DNA of 62,595 nt, the filler included, from Sphacelaria rigidula (Eukaryota): NCBI GenBank assembly GCA_964200075.2. It is 9 parts of 9 records of this genome, joined end to end, with 100 filler letters (N's around TTAATTAATTAA, not from the genome) between each part and the next. Parts side by side here need not be neighbours in the genome. Positions count along the whole stretch, not along the records: positions 48,766 to 55,630 come from CAXNAA020017686.1; positions 55,731 to 62,595 come from CAXNAA020017687.1; 7 more parts are not named here. The stretch is one strand, 5' to 3'. The notes below the pieces were generated by a model that saw only the letters and a program-made list of their open reading frames with translations, was not told where the DNA came from and did no database searches. Shown piece by piece: positions 50,770 to 62,595 of this stretch (position 1 is the first letter of the stretch; each line of letters starts with the position of its first letter). Position numbers and translations under genes: made by a program.

Positions 50770-53620
50770 TCACATCTGATCTTGACCTGCTGTATTCCCC
50801 ACTTGCTCTTTTGTTCTAGCCGTTGCAACTGTAACCCCTTCCACATGTACTATCTTACATGATCTCACAGAAGAAGCTACGCCTTGACTAGCAAACCGCA
50901 CATGTTTCTTGCCCCTTTTATCTCCTACCAGAGGGTCGGCACCCATTTCGTGGTGCACAACATTTTCCCTCGATTTTCCGTACTTTTGCGTAACGCGTGC
51001 TACCTTTGAACCTCCATCTTTGATAGATTCTACGGTAGTTGCTCTTCTCGCTCACACACTCTACAGAAATTTCAGTGTGGCATGATCCGTCACCCAGGTA
51101 TAGAATGTCGACCCCCAAAAAACGGGGCGCCTTGATGTATCGTTTTTTTTTGTTTTTTTTCACCCTACATAACATTCCCTGGGTTTCACAGAGTACTGCC
51201 GCTGAGCGTGGTTCAAGCGTCGGTTGATACATGTTATGAGCACACCTCGTCGCCTTCTATTAGATCGAGATCAAGCCGGCCTCTCCCGTTGACGCCTCTG
51301 GTTGGATGGCTTTGAACATTCTAGGAAATTGAGGACCAGTGTGCTTATCAGAAACCGTTATGTTCTACAAGGCTGCGTCATGTTCAGACTTCCAACGTTT
51401 AGTGCTGCGCAGTCACTTCTACGAGGTTCGGTATAAGTTACCTTACAAACGGAATCGTGCCGATCACTGAAAGTAAGTGCTTGCGCTGATGGTCGGTTTG
51501 GTCATCTCCTACTTCGATAACATTTGCTGACAGCGCGTGTCTCAGGTACTGGTTTGATCCAAGCTTAACTGTCGATGGTTCTGGGATCCCGACCGACGCT
51601 CTTTTCAGAGCTTGAGCATGCGTTCGAGTCAGTAGGGTAAACCCTCTACCGTATCACGAGGTCAAACAGATGAAACCACTATTCGTTCATCGGTAAATTA
51701 TCCACTGTTTCCGGTGGTGAACCGTTATTTCTTCATTTAAAGATCCAGATAAAAATATCCGCGTGGATGTGACCGGATGATCTTTTGAAGTGAATATGAG
51801 TAGGTCCGATTTGAAATCAACGACCCTTGCCTACAGCCTTGCTCTTCACTCTGGCGGCAGGTTGAAGAGGCGTCAACCCATAATGTAACGCCACCCGTCC
51901 GTTGGGGTACCGAGTAACATGCAACATATTATCAGTCCGCGAGTTGAGCTATTCATCTTGAACGACCGTGGACACAGTGCTTGATCGACGGCTGTATTAC
52001 AAAGGCTGCTTAGGAGATGAGTCGAAATATGGAGGCTGTTCATATTACACACCACACTCCGTTTTTTGTTTCTCGACTCTTGGGTGCTATCGGACTGTGT
52101 GTACTCCCTCTTAATTTCAAGAGTTTGTTGGTCATGGGTTTACCCCCCCCCCTATACACCTCTCCCTTGTTGCATGCGTTCTGTGATGTTGAGAATTGAA
52201 CCATCTGCAATTTGCAACTCCTCTCAACTTGTGAGCTGTGAGATGGGGCAAGGCCGTCCATACACCTTATTTCGCTTGCTAAATGGAAGGGTATGATAAG
52301 GTAGTGAATTCGCAGATTGGGTAGTTCCACCTATACACCTCCATTTGCATGCGCTTTGAGATGTGAACTTTCAAACTGTCTGCAATTTGCAACTCCTGTC
52401 AACTTGTGAGCTGTGAGATGCAGCAAAACAGTTTGTACACCTTGCGCGTGCTAAATGGTCGGATATGTAGATAGTGCATTTGCAGGTTGGGTACTACTTT
52501 TTTCAGTGCTATCTCGAATCACCGCGTTTGTAGAGGTCGGTTTGCTTGATTGATTGCCGTGCCTCTAGTACTACGCGGTGGTGAGAGGTGCGTTGTGTGG
52601 TTTCGCAATTTGACAAGCCATGAAGGTGACACGTGATGCACCCTACAGAGGCTGATTTCGCGCTGACCTGACCACATGACCACTCTGACCTCTCAACCGA
52701 AAGCATTGACCGCATGACCCATGCATTTCACCTGCTATTGCACTCCGTGCACAGCCCTGGCGTCCCTGGCGTCCCTGGCGTCCAAGCAACATCTTGTTGT
52801 TTGTGCTTACGAGCGCCTCGACCGGTGTAGTAGGTGTCGCTGTTTCTGCCTTAGCTAAACATATCTAGTGTGCCCCCCACACGTGTCTACTAAACTGGTG
52901 CTCGCCAATGTGGAAGTCGTGAGACTCCCGGTGACGGTAGAAACGGTCGAAGGTGTCCGATGATTTCCCTCGGATTATGTAGTCAAGGATTGACCGTAAG
53001 TCGTGGGGTGAGGCAAAGTGGATCACTCGGGAAAGCTCGACGAGCGCGAGCGAGTTAGCCCGATGACGAAGTCTGAGAGTCTTTGGTCAAGAGTGATCCC
53101 CGGGGATAGCCAGTAGTTCGCTGGGAAGATCCCTGTTACCTTGGGGTCCCAGATCCGGCTGTACAGATATGGACGTTTCGGGGCTCCTGCGAACTTACCC
53201 CTGTAACAGCCGTTCACCAGGTTACAGGTCATAAAAGGAAATCTCTCCGCACATGCCCAAATGGCGATCTCCACACTCGGTCCAATACGCAACACTGCAT
53301 CTAGTGTCAAAGAGACTTGCTAACTCCTGCGGTGTGTGCCAATCGAGTATGGACAGTATGGCATGTGTCCTTTGTTTGATATTCGTGCTTGACCGCGCTT
53401 CTCGCACATGGTTGCCGCGCAGTTGTTGCATGCCTGCCGCGCAGTTTTGTTGGATGTAGAGGGCCGTGATGTAGGATTCGTTGGACTTGTGTGTAACGTC
53501 TGCTAGCCAGCAGCTTCTCCAGGCGTGTAGATAATGGAAAGCCACGGTTGGTATATGCAACTGGTGGATTAAGGGTGTGTGAACCCGTGGGCACGCCGTC
53601 TCACACAATTTGGACCACGC
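50770..53620 (-). mobile_element. Decayed gag / 5' region of the same Gypsy element
   Basis: Lies directly upstream of pol; broken Cys/His-rich knuckle-like frames at ~50750-50870 and 52150-52500; possible PBS TGGTCC near 53617. Confidence 0.45.
52151..52497. repeat. ~175-bp tandem duplication
   Basis: CTATACACCTC...TCTGCAATTTGCAACTCCT..CAACTTGTGAGCTGTGAGATG...GCTAAATGG...TTGGGTA occurs twice (from ~52152 and ~52332). Confidence 0.8.
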
Positions 53621-53701
53621 TGTTGGGCAAAGTTACATCGTCGGTACACGATTACATTGCAGTGTTCATACTAGTCACTGTGTAGATCTGCCGCTATAGG
53701 T

Positions 53702-54027
53702 GAGTCATCCTACGATAGGGGGGGGGGGGAGGGGTGTACTCATGATCATGCATACCATAGTCATCAGACCATTGACCTCGCATCCTACGATAGGGGTGGG
53801 GGTATTTGATTGCACGAAAAAAGAGGCTTATAAGTGTGTCAGACGATCTGCCACACTCGCGGTGCGCTCGTATTTGGTTCAAAACGATGTCAGCCGGCAT
53901 GAATGAGCGTTAAGTATCTACAACAAGCTTGTTCGAGCAACCGCTGCTGCTTTTAGGGACGATTTGACCTGGAATTTCGTGCACGAAAGGGCCCGAAATA
54001 CCCCCCCCCCCTATCGTAGGATGACTC
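53702..54027. mobile_element. MITE with GAG...CTC TIRs and 4-bp TSD (Sola-like)
   Basis: AGGT|GAGTCATCCTACGATAGGGGG...CCCCCTATCGTAGGATGACTC|AGGT; partial copies at 20736-20801 and 55235-55375. Confidence 0.85.
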
Positions 54028-54489
54028 AGGTGGTATGGGTTGCTGTTGTGCCGCGTGGTGAATCAGGCACGAACGATAAGTAATCTCAGTTAAACAAGAG
54101 TGAGAGGTAACGAGGAGGCGCAGTTAGAAATGTTTGGGTCAGGGTTGTTATCATGGTGGTAATAGCAATGTCTGTACACCCGATTGTGAGCAATCATTTT
54201 CATTCGATCGAAGCAGCAATGGAGCACGTCGACATCGCTTGCGCATGCTACTCGAAGCCATCTCTCACTGATTACGCAAGATTACATTTATTTAGGTACA
54301 TTTTATCTTGGATTTAAGGTAGTTTTTATCTCGGTGGATGAAACGTCTACATATATTGTCATAATGTCCAGTCTTGTGTTGAGACTTTGGCCGAATCGCC
54401 GCAATGTCTGAACACCGCGTGATGCCACAGTGTAGCTGGTCACGTACATGCAGCAGTACCATGCGCATGTGTGGAATGAGAGAATCGAT

Positions 54490-54790
54490 ACCTTTTCCCT
54501 CCCGCATACTTCGAACCTCCTCCCCTTCCTCACCACGAGCCCATAGTGTCTCGGGGACGAGAGGGTTTTCCCCCGATGTTTGGCACTGCGGTATCACGGA
54601 TCGGATTAACGCTCTCATCACAGTACCCCATTTTTTGCTACCTACTACTCACTTCCTCGCGTTCTCAACGACGGAAATCGCGCACGTTTCAGAACAAGAC
54701 GCAATCCCTGCAGGGATTCGAACCATTCACTCTTGCTGGATCAGGTTCGAACAATGATCAAACGTATTCACATGGTGACTCGGCCCCTAC
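54490..54790 (-). mobile_element. Divergent SINE family 2 copy
   Basis: Box B GGTTCGAATCC at ~54715-54725 (minus strand); 3' GAGGAAGGGGAGGAGGTTCGAAGT resembles 61507-61528. Confidence 0.55.
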
Positions 54791-56194
54791 TCCACATCTA
54801 CCGTAGCAAGCACAAGCCAGCGTCACTTTCCCGTCAAGCAAGGCAAAGCGTTCGAACAGCAATAATAATAGATTCACCTCCAGTGCACGATTCGGTACGA
54901 TCTTCGTGGTCGCACATTCGCAAATTAATTGCTCATTTACAGCGGGCTGTTCGGATCAGTTTCGGAGGCCGAGTGTCGGACACAGTGTGGAGGCAAAAGG
55001 TGAGCACGTTTCGTTTCATCCTTGCTGACGCACCCGACCGTACCATGCATGTGCAGACCATCACAAATGTGTAACTCACTTGAGCGTATCACGGGAATGG
55101 AGGGCACGTAAAGCGCGAGCAATCATTTATCGAATCAAGTCTTCGTCTACCTATACATTTATTTCGCCATGGGAACTTTCTCTGGATTCGCGGGTTGAGG
55201 AGAAATATTGGATCTGTCGCTGGCACACTGTAATGAGTCATCCTACGATAGGGGGGGGGGGGGTGTTTGATTGCACGGGGAAAAAGGCTGATAAGTGTGT
55301 CAGATGATCTGCAACACTCGCGATGCGCTTGTATCTGGTTCAAAACGGCGCCAGTCGGTATAAATGAGCGTTAAACAGCGGATCCTAATCTTTGGGGTTC
55401 AAACAAAAAATATGGTTGAAGTCCCATTTCTCTATTGCAGGGAAGATACGAAAGAGTAACACAGAGCGAAAGTATCTTCCTCCCCAAAACTCCGCAGGAA
55501 GAGTTAACCGTTAGACCGCGAGAATAGGTCACATGCTGAATCGACATCACTATTCACTTGAAAAAGGTACACGTGGTCCAGATGGACTACCGGCACCGCG
55601 GTCGAAGGGTTAAGCACCTCGGGCTCGGTGNNNNNNNNNNNNNNNNNNNNNNNNNNNNNNNNNNNNNNNNNNNNTTAATTAATTAANNNNNNNNNNNNNN
55701 NNNNNNNNNNNNNNNNNNNNNNNNNNNNNNGCGCGCAGCCGCATTGTTGCTCGTGGGGTGTGCGGTGTGGGTGGTGTGGGGGGCGTGGGGGCGGTGGGGG
55801 GGGGGGGGGGGGGGGGGAGGCTAAACCCTTGAGTTGGCAGCGTCAAGATACGCGCGACGCAATATTCGCGTACAGTGTACAATATAAAATATCTTGTTTC
55901 CAATATTCACATGGAGAGATGGTATCATTTTCCATAAGACTGAAGGAGAACGAAACGAATGAGTATTTACGTCTTGACGCGGAAAAAACAAACGCATCTA
56001 GATCACCTTTGTCACCCCACACCCCAGACCTCCATACCCCAGATACCACCAACACCAAGAGCACGTCAAATCCACCGGGGCGAAACAAGGCCGCGGCTGT
56101 AGTTCCACTCATCTTCAACCCGCTCTTCAGAAAAGAAATAACGGACGCCCGTCTCCCACGTCAATCTCACTCACACACACACACACACACACAC

Positions 56195-56684
56195 CTCTTG
56201 AGGTATTCCTCCGGGAAATTAGCCTGCATATCTTCCACGGTTAACGGCACCAGCACGAGCCCCATGCCACCTGCCTCAGCTTCGACATCGATGGCCTCAA
56301 TAACCTCCTCGACCGCGTCAAGATCATCATCATCGTCATCGCTCTCTCCTTCCACCCGTTGGAGCTCCCCAGACCACTTTTCATCTCGTCCCCCACCATC
56401 TTCCGCCTCAACCGCGAGCTTCGACGGTGACGCTGACGACGATGCCGCAGAACTGGCGCTCCCGCTGCGCTGTTGGTCGTCGCCCTTGGCTCGCCCGCGA
56501 GATACCCTTTGGTGTGCCTTCTTCTTCAGCTTCCTGGCCTCCCGCTTGAGCCTCTCGCGGTCGTCGCGTTCCCCCGCTCCTAGGGGGTGACGGGGTTCGC
56601 GCCTGCGGCCCATGGGGTCATCATCCAGAAGGCGCGTGGTGGCGTCTATGCTGGCCGCGAGCTTGCTTGTCGCGCCCAGGGCAC
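56195..56684 (-). CDS. VPS13: VPS13-family protein, exon c
   Basis: TGACAG acceptor in phase 1: GALGATSKLAASIDATTRLLDDDPMGRRREPR..., then a charged low-complexity tract; AG|GTGTGT donor. Confidence 0.8.
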
Positions 56685-57002
56685 CTGTCAATGTTTTTAT
56701 AATTAATAATAGTAGTTTTGGGAGGGGGGTCCTACGTCATCAACTAGCCTTTTATTTAGCTGTCAACGGTATTGGAGTATAATAAAAGATTGTGCATGAG
56801 CATTTTCCGAGATGTATTTGTGTTGCTGTGTTATCCTGCATGAGAACACGAATTAAATTGTTGATGTGGATCAAGCCCAGGACATAGTGGGCGAAGAAAT
56901 TTCGAAGAAAGTCGCACTCACGTACGTGCATGTTGTTCATTCACGAACATACTTGGTAGAATCCACTCAGGTTGGAAGGGCATGTGACACTACTAACCGT
57001 GT

Positions 57003-59016
57003 CGGGGGGGCGGGAAGGGGGCGTACTCATTTGTTGCTTGCCGTAGTCGTGTTACCATTGACCACGCATCCCTTTCGAGACAGCACCGTTCTTAGTCCTC
57101 ATAGGGACACCTTCGACATTTGGCCGCTCATTACGTTCCTTCCATACATTACACAAAAACCTTTTCCATATCTTATCCCCTTCCGGTTTCACCGTCTGTG
57201 GCCACCACCTATCTCCTAGTTTAGTTATCGTCTTCTCTCTAATGTCTAATGAATCAAACGGTTTCATGCCACTTTCGTGTGCTTCCCTCTAACACTTCCT
57301 GCTCCTTCTTGTATAGTCCACATCCTCCCACTTCATGAGTTTCACTCTCTGTTTCTTCCTCCTCCATCCGAGTACGAATTGGTATACCATTTTTTTTCTT
57401 CTTTCTGGCAGGTCCAGGTCCCCCACCCGAAAACGCACTTTCAACTTTTCCGCGTAGTCTAGTGGGCCATGCAAATATATTTCCATCCCCATCTCATCTT
57501 CAAAGCCCACGTATATCTTCAGGTGTTCTTCCTCGTCTACTTTCCGTCTTAGCGATCGTTTCCCGTTATTTCCGTCAAATATCTTACTGTATCTTGTACA
57601 CCCACATTCACCTATGGACAATATCTCCTCTTGGTTTCCTCCCATGTCCTTCAATACTTTGCGACTACCCTATCCCACCTTAGTACAGCCCGCCCTTTCG
57701 TTACTTGCTTATAACTCCATCAACCATGGCTGGCAATCTCTTTCTTGGGATGTTCCTTGCGTTACACTGTCATTTCACTTTTACCATGTCTCCATTCGTT
57801 TCAAGTGAGAACATTCCCAACTCTGCTCTCAAAATTGTATAACTCGTCGTTTGCGAGCATCTAAGTATTTTCTTAGCTGCTACCATCTTCACTGTTTGCA
57901 TACCCTGGCTTTGGTACGATCACATTAATTAAAAAAAAAAATCTTTATCCTAGAATCTAGGCTTTGTTTTCAGCATTATCTCTCACGTTCGCGCACCCCA
58001 GGCACGTGGAATAGCGCAAAAATTGTGTGGATACATTTTTGACCAGCGGTCGACGTCGGTTCTCTCTTCAGAGCACTGAGTAGTGTTGACCACTTGGTCG
58101 ATTAGAACCTTCCCGGAATTTTATTACTTGGCTTGAGTGTCAACACCGATATTCAGATCTTTAGCGGGGCTGACAGCCCTAACTGCCCCTCGCGTGCGCA
58201 GAACGCATTTTCATCCAAATCGGCGCCTGCAGCGTCGTTTTTTGGTCTGCCCACGCCACACTTTGCCTGGGCAATGCTTCGCACATCCCTCGTCCGAGGG
58301 TTCTCGGTATTCCTTGGGTTGGGGTCAGGGTTGGGGTTTTTAGCGTTTTTCAAATATATATGTTTCCGAAAAAATTCTTCGTCGATCAAGTGGTGAACAC
58401 ATCTCAGAGCACTCAAGCCTCAGAAATCGTAGATTTGGCGATGGGAACCATCCGCCAACATCCATCCCGATATCGTATCTTCCCCCACCCTGACCCCTTG
58501 CTCTACTGGTCGTATCGCTGCTTCATCATTGATTATTTCCGCACATAAGTCTGCCATGTCATTGATAAATACCTCGGGTAAAGTGGGTGATAACGTACAT
58601 CCTTGTGCAACTCCTTGTAAGATATCCAAATATTTCGATATTTTCCCATCTAGCATCATATACCACTTTTGGCACATTCTATTATCCGGACCATTCTCCA
58701 CATCTTCCTCTCTGATCCCGATGCCCCACATCCTTTTCTCCAGCCCTTTTTTGCATATTGTATCATAGACCTTGTGTAGGTATAGAAGTAATCAGTACGT
58801 TGTCAACCCGGCGTCTTTCCCCACCTTGAGTAACATTACCTCGTTAGTATGTACACATGGTCTACGCAACTACAGTTTGGCCTAAAACCTGCTTGCCCCT
58901 CGCTGATTTTTTCGTCCTTATCTAGCACCGTTCCCACTCTGTAGTTCATAGTTAGGAATATTACAGGATGTTTTCCCTACAGTCCTCAGTCGCGTTATCC
59001 CTATTTAGTTCCCTGG
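57003..59016 (-). mobile_element. LINE-A non-LTR retrotransposon (RT remnant plus 3' end) in a VPS13 intron
   Basis: RT motifs LQGVAQGCTLSPTL..VFIND and ISGWMLAD (decayed FADD); terminus GGCAAGCAACAAATGAGTACGCCCC. Confidence 0.88.
58077..58406. mobile_element. MITE with TG...CA TIRs, 6-bp TSD and telomere-like repeats, nested in LINE-A
   Basis: GAGCAC|TGAGTAGTGTTGACCACTTGGTCGA...TCGATCAAGTGGTGAACACATCTCA|GAGCAC; GGGTTGGGGTCAGGGTTGGGGTT at ~58316-58338. Confidence 0.8.
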
Positions 59017-59212
59017 GTCAGCCTTGTCTCTTTTTTTTCAAACGGTCTAACACCACTGGGGGGGGGGGGGCAGTAGTCGTCGCAAAGCGTGTTGGAACAA
59101 AAGAGGCGTTTTTTTTCTCGCGAAAACTTTTTTTCTTCTCATTTTTGTTTTGCGCTTGTTCTATTTTTCTGCAAAAAAACGTACGTGCCACGTAACGGCT
59201 GACATACAGTAC

Positions 59213-59393
59213 CTGACACGGGAGCAGCAACGAGGCCGACGACACCCCTCCCCATGCCCTTTATGAATCCGACCGCACCGCCCTTCTTCGCCCCTTGGTA
59301 GGGTCTGAACACAATTCCGGTTACACCGGCCTTGAGGGTGTGGCCGAAGTACTTCAATCCCTGCGTCACACCCTCTCCCACGTGCTCTGGGGC
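59213..59393 (-). CDS. VPS13: VPS13-family protein, exon b
   Basis: APEHVGEGVTQGLKYFGHTLKAGVTGIVFRPYQGAKKGGAVGFIKGMGRGVVGLVAAPVS, the hallmark GVTGIxxxPxxGA...GFxKGxGxG...P motif; phase 0 to 1. Confidence 0.9.
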
Positions 59394-59787
59394 CTGGCTC
59401 ATGGGGAAGGGGACGGGACAACAAGACAAGGGGGAAACCCCATCCCCCGAAAATACGTCCGAAACGAAACGAGTGAGCATCAAGAGAGTGAGAGAGAACT
59501 TATTGATTTGATTGATTGTCGCACTTCAAGTGACCACCCATGGGTCCAGCTGTGGTCGCATGATGGACATACCCAAGAAAATAAAAAATGAAAACACTCG
59601 CTCAAAAAAAGAAGGGACGGAAAAAAGTTGAACAGAGCGACATATAATAGTAGACTAAGACGTCAAAAAAAAGGAGAAAAAAATGCAACAAAAATAGACC
59701 ACATACACACATAACTACACCGCTCTGTTCCCCCCCCCCCCCAAAAACAAACAAGAACAAAAACAGACACAGACAACGGATGCACAC

Positions 59788-59949
59788 CTTTTCCATGCTG
59801 CCTTGGGTGGGGGAGTCTGCGTCGAGCTGACCGGCACCGCGGACGAAGTTGTCGAGGGCATCGGTGATCTTGCTGGCGCTGCTCGCGGCGCCGCCCACCA
59901 CCCCCTTCACCAAGTCCTTCGAACCTTCTCCGATGTGCCCGGCGCCCGT
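59788..59949 (-). CDS. VPS13: VPS13-family lipid transfer protein, C-terminal region, exon a
   Basis: TGAGHIGEGSKDLVKGVVGGAASSASKITDALDNFVRGAG..., the Gly-rich amphipathic VPS13_C/ATG2_C-type pattern; AG/GT bounded, 162 nt. Confidence 0.8.
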
Positions 59950-60525
59950 CTGTACACCCATCGAGAACATCCAACAAACACCCATCAAACAGTTCAACAC
60001 CAGCCGCTCAAAAGTAAAAATCCGTTTGACCGACCGCGAAGCAAGGAGTCATTCTCCATCTATCCGAGTTCACGTGTGCCTATGGATTCCTTTTCGTGTA
60101 TAGACTCCTCTATCCGATTTATCTATGGAAACCGCATTTCCTTGGCTTCCCGAGGATGCCATATTTCCGGTCCCCTCACCAAAATGCACCCGAGAGTCAT
60201 CGTCCACGACCAGACAGATAGGGATAATTATTTTCCTTTACATACCTTGGTCACGAACCCCACCACCCCGCTGGAGAATCTCTTGCCCAATGAAAGGGGG
60301 TCGCCCAAGATGTCGATGTGACCCAGAACCTTGTACGCCTGGTGACCAAGCGGTAACAAAGAGTGGGTCAGGAGGATGAGGAAAGCAAGAGAAGGAGAAA
60401 GTAGGACAGAGCGGACAGATGTTCAACAAGAATATTCTAACAGGCTCCACGTAGCAGTGTGGTATGCTACGGTGCCATATATTCCCGTGTGATTGCTTAA
60501 TTGATAGTGCTGGGTACTGGACCAG

Positions 60526-60899
60526 TGTGTGTGTGTGTGTGTGTTGTCCCCTTTATTCTGGGCATCAGTCTACACCTTTCAGTATATGTGGGCGCATCAG
60601 CCGGAGTCACACAGGAGGAAGGTCTACACAGGAGCTTTTTTTTGTTTTTGTTTTTTTGTTTTCAATATTCCACCTTCCTTCTACGGTGCTTGCCTTTATT
60701 TATTTTTTATCGCGAGAGGGGTTCAGCAGTCCTTTTCCCTCGTCGACCGTTAAGTCGAATTTTGTGTACCCACGACATAGTCGCTCTCCACTGTTGGGCA
60801 TGGTGTGAGAAAAGAATCCAGATCGCTTCGGGAATCGAACCCCCATACTCAACCATCAAAAGGTTACGAGGTTACCAACTGAGCCACCAGGGCGACCGG
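60526..60899 (-). mobile_element. Full-length tRNA-derived SINE family 1 with (CA)n tail
   Basis: Minus-strand head CCGGTCGCCCTGGTGGCTCAGTTGG (box A) ... GGTTCGATTCC (box B), ~270-bp body, (CA)n tail. Confidence 0.88.
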
Positions 60900-61080
60900 A
60901 CCACGACACACTTGGCAGTAGTACTGGTACTACCTGTACTCCCCTATCCACGTATGTTCCACTATAACACCTCCTCATTCCACATAAACTCATCTAATTG
61001 CGCCGCGAGTGAAGACGAATCACTTGAAAATGCGGGTCCGGTGGGGCTTCGCCGTCTAGCCGAGGTACTGGCGAGATCAG

Positions 61081-61725
61081 TACTGGGTGGCTGAACCAGT
61101 ACCTAGCCCAATTCAATGATGGATGCATGGATGCATGCATTATCGCATATTACGTGACCTGCATTAATAGACACACTTCAGCGGGAACAATTTGAAGCAC
61201 TCGCCAAAATAAAGAGATCCAGCATTGCCGCTGCGATCCGGTGGTGAAATGGTCCGACTGTCACCATTAGGGCGGAGCGAACGAGGGTTCGATTCCCGAT
61301 GCGTTGGGTTTTTCCTTCGTAATGTATGGTTTTCACCGTGGAAAACGTGAGAACGGGAGTATACAAAGTAGTCGACTGGATTTGTGTGGCGTAAGTTGAC
61401 GCGGTGCGGGAGTGCTGATAGTCATGACCCAACCCGCGACACCAACAGGTACGGCGCGTACCGGGGGAGAGATGGGTTGGTCCCTAGAGACCATGGACTC
61501 ATCCCGAGGAAGGGGAGGGGTTCGAAGTGTGAAGAGAAAAGAAAAGAAAAGTATACTGGGTGACTGAGCCAGTGCCTAGCCTAATTCAATGATGGGTGCA
61601 TGGATGCATGGACGCATGCGGTTAAAGTGCGACAATCAATCAATCAATCATGCATCATCGCATATTAATTGGCCCACATTTATAGACGTACTTCAACGGG
61701 AACATTTTGAAGCACTCGCTAAAAA
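61081..61725. repeat. Diverged ~130-bp direct repeats flanking SINE2
   Basis: TACTGGGTG.CTGA.CCAGT.CCTAGCC.AATTCAATGATGG...TTTGAAGCACTCGC at 61081-61205 and 61554-61719; the second copy contains a repeat-C tail. Confidence 0.75.
61236..61545 (+). mobile_element. tRNA-derived SINE family 2
   Basis: Box A-like TGGTGAAATGG, box B GGTTCGATTCC, body shared with 25215-25460. Confidence 0.8.
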
Positions 61726-62595
61726 AACACAACAAAACAAAAACGCTAAAAAAATCAAGAGGAGAACAATTCTTCCTTGCCCCCCTCTGACCTTTCGCGC
61801 AGGTAACTCTCTTGTACTGGTTCGATTTCTCCTCCGGATGAATTGACAATATGTCATGTTTGTATGTACGGTTGCATGTATGTCAGCATCTATATATACA
61901 TACGTGCTGCCAGGGGGCAGATTCCCGCAAAATTTGACCAAACACCATTCACAACAAGTGGACCTTGTCAAAAACATAAAAAAAAACCCGCATAAAACAG
62001 CGGGTAGTGTGAGGCGCGTATGCTTGGCTCATAGGCCACGTACGCCCCAGGAAGCTATTTTCTCTTCATGTATGCAGTACAGCTATCAAAAGAGACGAGA
62101 AAATTATCCATAGCGGCTACTGAGCCTTGCTTGAAAACAATACGCACTATACCAAGAGCGCCGGGACTCCAAAAACTATCACGAAACCCTCCGCTTTTGC
62201 CACTTGTGTTTGTCCCCGTTTTTATTTTTTTTCGTGATGCTTCTGATCCCCTCCTCGAAGGACTCAACACGACTTCTCCCCGGTACTGCGCCTGCCTGAA
62301 ACCTTGCTGCAGTATCCATACTTTACGTCAATGAAGGCTGCGCTTGCTTGCAGTACAGCCGAGTGATCCATTCATTCAAACTATAATTGGACCAGGCGGC
62401 ATGTGCATATGCATGTGTGTGTAACTTCGTTGCAGAAACAGCAAAAATGAAGCAAAAAAAGGAGGGGAGAGAGAGAGGGGGACGGTGTACTCACGATCAT
62501 GCATGCCATAGTCATAAGACCATGGACCTCGCATCCCTACAAAGCCGGAACGGAGCACGCCGGGTTTGCGTCGGACCAGGCTTGCACTCAAACCA

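Noticed and set aside
6868-55730. ~6966-bp periodic TTAATTAATTAA motif as a biological array
   Set aside because: Assembly linker embedded in N runs.
55760-56590. 276-aa plus-strand ORF
   Set aside because: Antisense shadow of the VPS13 exon plus simple repeats.
60820-60899. tRNA genes (also ~27870, ~54720, ~61240)
   Set aside because: Box A/B are present but there is no clear cloverleaf, and the heads are fused to repeated bodies, so they are SINE heads.

Overview
Eukaryotic, repeat-rich, long-intron DNA; exon style and repeat content suggest a brown alga or other stramenopile (inference). The window is not one locus. It is nine contigs of 6867, 6867, 6867, 6866, 6866, 6866, 6866, 6865 and 6865 bp, joined by artificial 100-bp N44-TTAATTAATTAA-N44 linkers, i.e. 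size-sorted unplaced contigs, so neighbourhood across linkers means nothing. Partial spliced genes, rebuilt by hand with phase-consistent GT-AG introns: an unknown Gly/Ser-rich protein (-), the C-terminus of a hemerythrin-like protein (probably a SLAC1/TDT-hemerythrin fusion) that appears to have lost its metal ligands (+), an NCS2/UapA-type xanthine/uric acid permease (+), a divergent triose-phosphate-translocator family member (+) and a VPS13 C-terminal region (-). Mobile DNA: decayed Copia and Gypsy elements; a complete non-coding LTR element with TA..TA termini and a 5-bp TSD nested in the Copia; two non-LTR families that both end in ATGAGTAC+poly(C) and insert at C/G runs; tRNA-derived SINEs; several MITEs with clear TIRs and TSDs; long hairpins; and a possible giant-virus gene remnant.
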